This document shows positions 16,682 through 17,982 of a stretch of 17,982 nt of DNA, one piece after another. The stretch is from assembly GCA_964590575.1 (NCBI GenBank), contig CAZPWM010000012.1, forward strand, positions 1 to 17,982, given 5' to 3'. The stretch comes from an uncultured archaeon. Its GTDB lineage: Archaea; Asgardarchaeota; Thorarchaeia; Thorarchaeales; Thorarchaeaceae. The position numbers and the translations under genes are program-made. The notes beneath the pieces were generated by a model. That model did no database searches. It was not told the DNA's origin and was given only the letters and a program-made list of their open reading frames with translations. Numbering within the stretch: position 1 is the first letter of the stretch; every line of letters begins with the position of its first letter.

Positions 16682-17982
16682 ATGCTAGAGGTTCATTCAA
16701 AACTAATTGAAAATGGGTTTGCTGTGGATTTCAAGAACACTTCATTTCCTGTAACATATCCAAAAGACCACTGGAAAAGGACTCCTGAGGAAACCAGAGC
16801 TGCACTAGTGGACAATCTTGCCCTGGCTGCTACAATGCATCTCCCAATCGTCTTTGACAGTCCGGAGATAGTGTACCACTCAGGTCGTCCTCTTCTTGAA
16901 TCATATTTCGTTGAGAATTTCTTTCGAGATATCCCCTCTTGTACAGAGGTTGATGGTACTGATACTGTAGAATATGTTCGTCGGTTCTTTAACACACAAT
17001 ATCGATTCTTAGACCCAATAGTCAAGATACCTTCTGATGAACCTGTGGAGGACAGTTTTCGTGCAATCATAGGAATGAGTTTTGGAAAGGACAGTCTTCT
17101 AACTTACGCTGTTGCTCGAGAGTTAGGTCTTGATCCAGAGATGGCTTACATCATTGAATCTAGCATGACATATGAAGAAAAACACAAGACTGCCTTGGCT
17201 GAGATGTTCAAGAAGGAATTCAACAAGGATCTTCATATTATAAAACATGAAACTGGGAAACTTCGAGACTATCCATTTCTAGGATTACCATTTTCAGAGT
17301 TCGGATGGGCTCTCCAGTCCACTGAATATGCTCTGGAGTTTGTTCCTCTAGCCTATGCCCTTCAAGGGAAGTACATCCTATTTGGTAACGAACAAACAAC
17401 ATCTGCAACATATTTGGACAAATTTGGCTGGACCGTGAATCCATGCTGGGACCAGACTCATAATTGGACAGTACACATTGATCAAATGACTAAGATGTTC
17501 TCTGGGCGGTCTGTTGGAACAGGTAGCCTGATTGAACCTCTAATGGACATGATGGTGCAGAGAACACTAGCTCGACGATATCCGGACATCGCAAAATATC
17601 AGATGAGCTGCTTCACTGAAACTGAAGCGGGTCGTGATTATAGATGGTGCCATAGTTGTTCAATATGCGCCAAGATGTACCTCCTCTGCGAAGGTAGTGG
17701 GATTGACCCTGCTCTTGTGGGATTCCGTGAGAATATGCTCACCAGAGAACACAGAAACCACTTTACACTTCTTGGAGGGACTTCAAATATGGCATACCTT
17801 CATTCGCAGACAGCTATGGATGAACAACTCTTTGCATTCTACTCCGCAGCTAAGAAGAACGTAAAAGGTGAATTAATCGAGGACTTCAAGTCATCTGAAC
17901 TGTATAAAGAAGGCAAGGCTCGGGAGGACGAACTCTTCAAGAAGTTCATTACCCTCTATGACCCCATAAGCATACCAGTAGA
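16682..17982 (+). CDS. PP-loop (adenine nucleotide alpha-hydrolase) protein with Cys cluster, MurL/QueC-like; 3'-truncated
   Basis: Absent from the ORF track. My translation from ATG 16682 (MLEVHSKLIENGFAVDF...) is open for 433 codons to the window end. Motifs: AIIGMSFGKDSLL (SFGKDS at 17078-17095), ILFGNEQTTS, VNPCWDQ, QMSCF (Cys 17609) and RWCHSCSICAKMY (17648-17668). Confidence 0.8.
   Translation, partial: MLEVHSKLIENGFAVDFKNTSFPVTYPKDHWKRTPEETRAALVDNLALAATMHLPIVFDSPEIVYHSGRPLLESYFVENFFRDIPSCTEVDGTDTVEYVRRFFNTQYRFLDPIVKIPSDEPVEDSFRAIIGMSFGKDSLLTYAVARELGLDPEMAYIIESSMTYEEKHKTALAEMFKKEFNKDLHIIKHETGKLRDYPFLGLPFSEFGWALQSTEYALEFVPLAYALQGKYILFGNEQTTSATYLDKFGWTVNPCWDQTHNWTVHIDQMTKMFSGRSVGTGSLIEPLMDMMVQRTLARRYPDIAKYQMSCFTETEAGRDYRWCHSCSICAKMYLLCEGSGIDPALVGFRENMLTREHRNHFTLLGGTSNMAYLHSQTAMDEQLFAFYSAAKKNVKGELIEDFKSSELYKEGKAREDELFKKFITLYDPISIPV

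Noticed and set aside
16671-16688. Micro-uORF MKPKC* overlapping the start of the PP-loop gene
   Set aside because: It is five codons long with no RBS and no informative codon content, so it is expected by chance.
16693-17864. Track ORFs 16693..17070(-), 17238..17444(-) and 17634..17864(+)
   Set aside because: These are shadows of the real, 3'-truncated gene starting at 16682, which the track omitted because it has no stop within the window.

Overview
An ordinary-density archaeal chromosomal segment with 17 protein genes and no rRNA, tRNA, CRISPR array or mobile element that I can support. The host is most plausibly an Asgard archaeon (Thorarchaeia-like). This is an inference from the 24-aa 'IDLxPL' LRR protein, the tandem Lrp/AsnC regulator, GGTGA/GGAGG ribosome-binding sites and BRE/TATA-like promoters. 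Left to right: a 5'-truncated ABC-2-type permease; an acetoacetate-decarboxylase-family protein with Arg at the usual Schiff-base Lys; a PAP2 phosphatase; PepD; a minus-strand run of PHP hydrolase, SCP2 lipid carrier, FabK/NMO flavoenzyme, Fe-ADH and tungsten-type AOR; an LRR protein; a double Lrp regulator; and a four-gene operon (two paralogous membrane proteins, an ArsR-like wHTH, a membrane-anchored DUF4097/Toastrack-like beta-repeat protein) preceded by four ACGTTTG boxes. The window ends with a small membrane protein and a 3'-truncated gene missing from the ORF track (16682->end) that has PP-loop and Cys-cluster motifs resembling MurL/QueC. The best candidates for undescribed systems are the wHTH/Toastrack membrane operon with its operator array, the SCP2-FabK-ADH-AOR cluster, and the MurL-like enzyme. 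All family calls come from motif recognition, not database searches.
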